From Pseudomonadota bacterium (GTDB taxonomy: Archaea; Thermoplasmatota; SW-10-69-26; JACQPN01; JAJPHT01), in NCBI GenBank assembly GCA_021325135.1, contig JAJPHT010000045.1:1-64000 (forward strand): a stretch of 64,000 nt of DNA, given 5' to 3'. The position numbers and the translations under genes were made by a program. Below, piece after piece: positions 62,709 through 64,000 of this stretch. Numbering within the stretch: the stretch's first letter is position 1; each line of letters opens with the position of its first letter. The notes under the pieces are model-generated. The model searched no databases and was not told where the DNA came from. It saw only the letters and a program-made list of their open reading frames with translations.

Positions 62709-62927
62709 CTAGCGCCGGCTCCAGCTCCACCCCTGCTGGGGGCCTTCGCGCGGGCGGCGGAACGTGTTGATGTACGCCAGCGTGATGCCCGCGGCGAGGG
62801 TGAGGCCGCCGATGACCATGCCCGTCGCGACCGCGACGATGGGGTAGTGGTTGCTCGTGAAGTACGCGACGAGCGTGAGGAGCGCGCCGAGGCCCATGAG
62901 GATCGCGGGATGCCAGCGGGGGTCCAT
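62709..62927 (-). CDS. Small 2-TM membrane protein
   Basis: [14 protein letters not shown]...; two hydrophobic helices. Confidence 0.65.
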   Translation of the reverse strand: MDPRWHPAILMGLGALLTLVAYFTSNHYPIVAVATGMVIGGLTLAAGITLAYINTFRRPREGPQQGWSWSRR

Positions 62928-62989
62928 GGACGCGGGGGCACCGGCGGCGGTCCATAAGGCATTTCCCTTGGGGCGCGGTCGCCTCGCCC

Positions 62990-63718
62990 ATGGCTCGGGT
63001 CGTCCTCGTGACGGGAGCGGGGCGCGGCTTGGGCGCCGCGACGGCGGAGCGCCTGGCGCAGGACGGGTGGGACGTCGTCATCAACTACCGCCAGACGGCG
63101 GAGGGCGCCGAGGCGGTGCGGACCACCGTGGAGGCCATGGGCCAGCGCGCGCTCGTGGTGAAGGCCGACGTCTCGCGCTGGGACGAGGCGCAGGCCATGG
63201 TGGCGGAGACGATCTCCTCCCTGGGCCGCCTCGACGCGGTGGTCAACAACGCGGGCATCTACCGCCGCGCCACCGTGGACAAGGTGGAGCCCGAGGACTG
63301 GCACGAGGCGCTGGACGTGAACCTCACCGGCACGTTCTACGTCACCAAGGCCGCGCTGGCGCACCTGCCCGACGGCGCGCGCATCGTGAACTTCACCAGC
63401 GTCCTGGGCGCCATGGGCAGCAAGCACGGCGCCCACTACTCGGCGAGCAAGGGGGGCGTCATCGCCATGACCAAGAGCCTCGCCAAGGAGCTTGGCCCCC
63501 GCGGCATCCTCGTCAACGCCATCGCCCCGGGCGCCATCGCCACCGACATGATCGGCCAGGACACGCCCGAGCAGCGCGCGGCGCGGGAGAAGACCATCCC
63601 CCTGGGTCGCGTGGGCCGGCCGGAGGAGATCGCGGGCGTCGTGAGCTTCCTCCTGGGCCCCGACGCGTCCTACCTCACCGGGCAGGTCCTGCACGTCAAC
63701 GGCGGATTGTACGTTTGA
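62990..63718 (+). CDS. SDR family oxidoreductase (FabG-like)
   Basis: [44 protein letters not shown]. Confidence 0.93.
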   Translation: MARVVLVTGAGRGLGAATAERLAQDGWDVVINYRQTAEGAEAVRTTVEAMGQRALVVKADVSRWDEAQAMVAETISSLGRLDAVVNNAGIYRRATVDKVEPEDWHEALDVNLTGTFYVTKAALAHLPDGARIVNFTSVLGAMGSKHGAHYSASKGGVIAMTKSLAKELGPRGILVNAIAPGAIATDMIGQDTPEQRAAREKTIPLGRVGRPEEIAGVVSFLLGPDASYLTGQVLHVNGGLYV

Positions 63719-63791
63719 GGGCACCCAGTGGGTAGCCATTGGGGAAAACCGATATCGCCACCCCTGGGCCTGCGCCGGGCGAGGCCGTCCC

Positions 63792-64000
63792 GTGAGGCTG
63801 TCCATCGTCGCCCTCGTCGCGCTCCTGCTCGCCCCCGGCGTGCTCGCCCTTCAGCCGCTCCCGCCCGCCGCGCCCCGCGTGGCCGGGGGCTTCACCGTCG
63901 CGCTGCTGGCGCCCGTCGCCGGCCCCACCGCGCTGGCCTTCGGGCCCGGCGGCCCGGACCTCTACGCGACGACGCTCACCGGCGACGTGCAGCGTGTGCC
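63792..64000 (+). CDS. Secreted beta-propeller-like protein (possibly sugar-dehydrogenase-like), partial
   Basis: Signal VRLSIVALVALLLAPGVLA; GFTV....GPTALAFGP...LYATTLTG.V.RV; runs off the window end. Confidence 0.6.
   Translation, partial: MRLSIVALVALLLAPGVLALQPLPPAAPRVAGGFTVALLAPVAGPTALAFGPGGPDLYATTLTGDVQRV

Overview
Very GC-rich archaeal chromosome segment. Nop5 + fibrillarin, GatD/GatE, archaeal-type MetRS, CCA-less tRNAs and PGF-CTERM-like surface-protein tails point to an archaeon; a Thermoplasmatota-like lineage is my inference, not a phylogenetic result. Housekeeping content: thiolase, Hsp20, pyrD, nop5-fibrillarin, gatDE, metG, aconitase, icd, an SDR, two ABC-2 exporters, a CopC/CopD-cupredoxin copper cluster, an MMPL/RND transporter and a transglutaminase-MoxR-DUF58 operon. 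There are three tRNA genes: Pro(TGG), Asp(GTC) and Phe(GAA). The most unusual parts lie at tRNA 3' ends. (1) After tRNA-Asp come nested alternative hairpins, an HNH nuclease and four paralogous secreted 8-Cys mini-proteins in an A-B-A-B array. Each paralog has the same fixed-geometry upstream motif (GCAAGGTTGG-N9-YTGAA), and an internally deleted HNH remnant shows the duplication unit. (2) After tRNA-Pro there is a subtilase lipoprotein, a Cys-rich prepropeptide and a membrane-tethered wHTH regulator around a palindromic operator, a candidate archaeal peptide-sensing circuit. Also seen: probable CTG/ATC start codons, low-complexity basic tails on fibrillarin, Nop5 and IDH, tandem DnaJ-type zinc-finger microproteins, and a dispersed hairpin element with 8-bp periodic arms. 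Start codons were picked by eye and family names come from motif recognition; no database searches were run.
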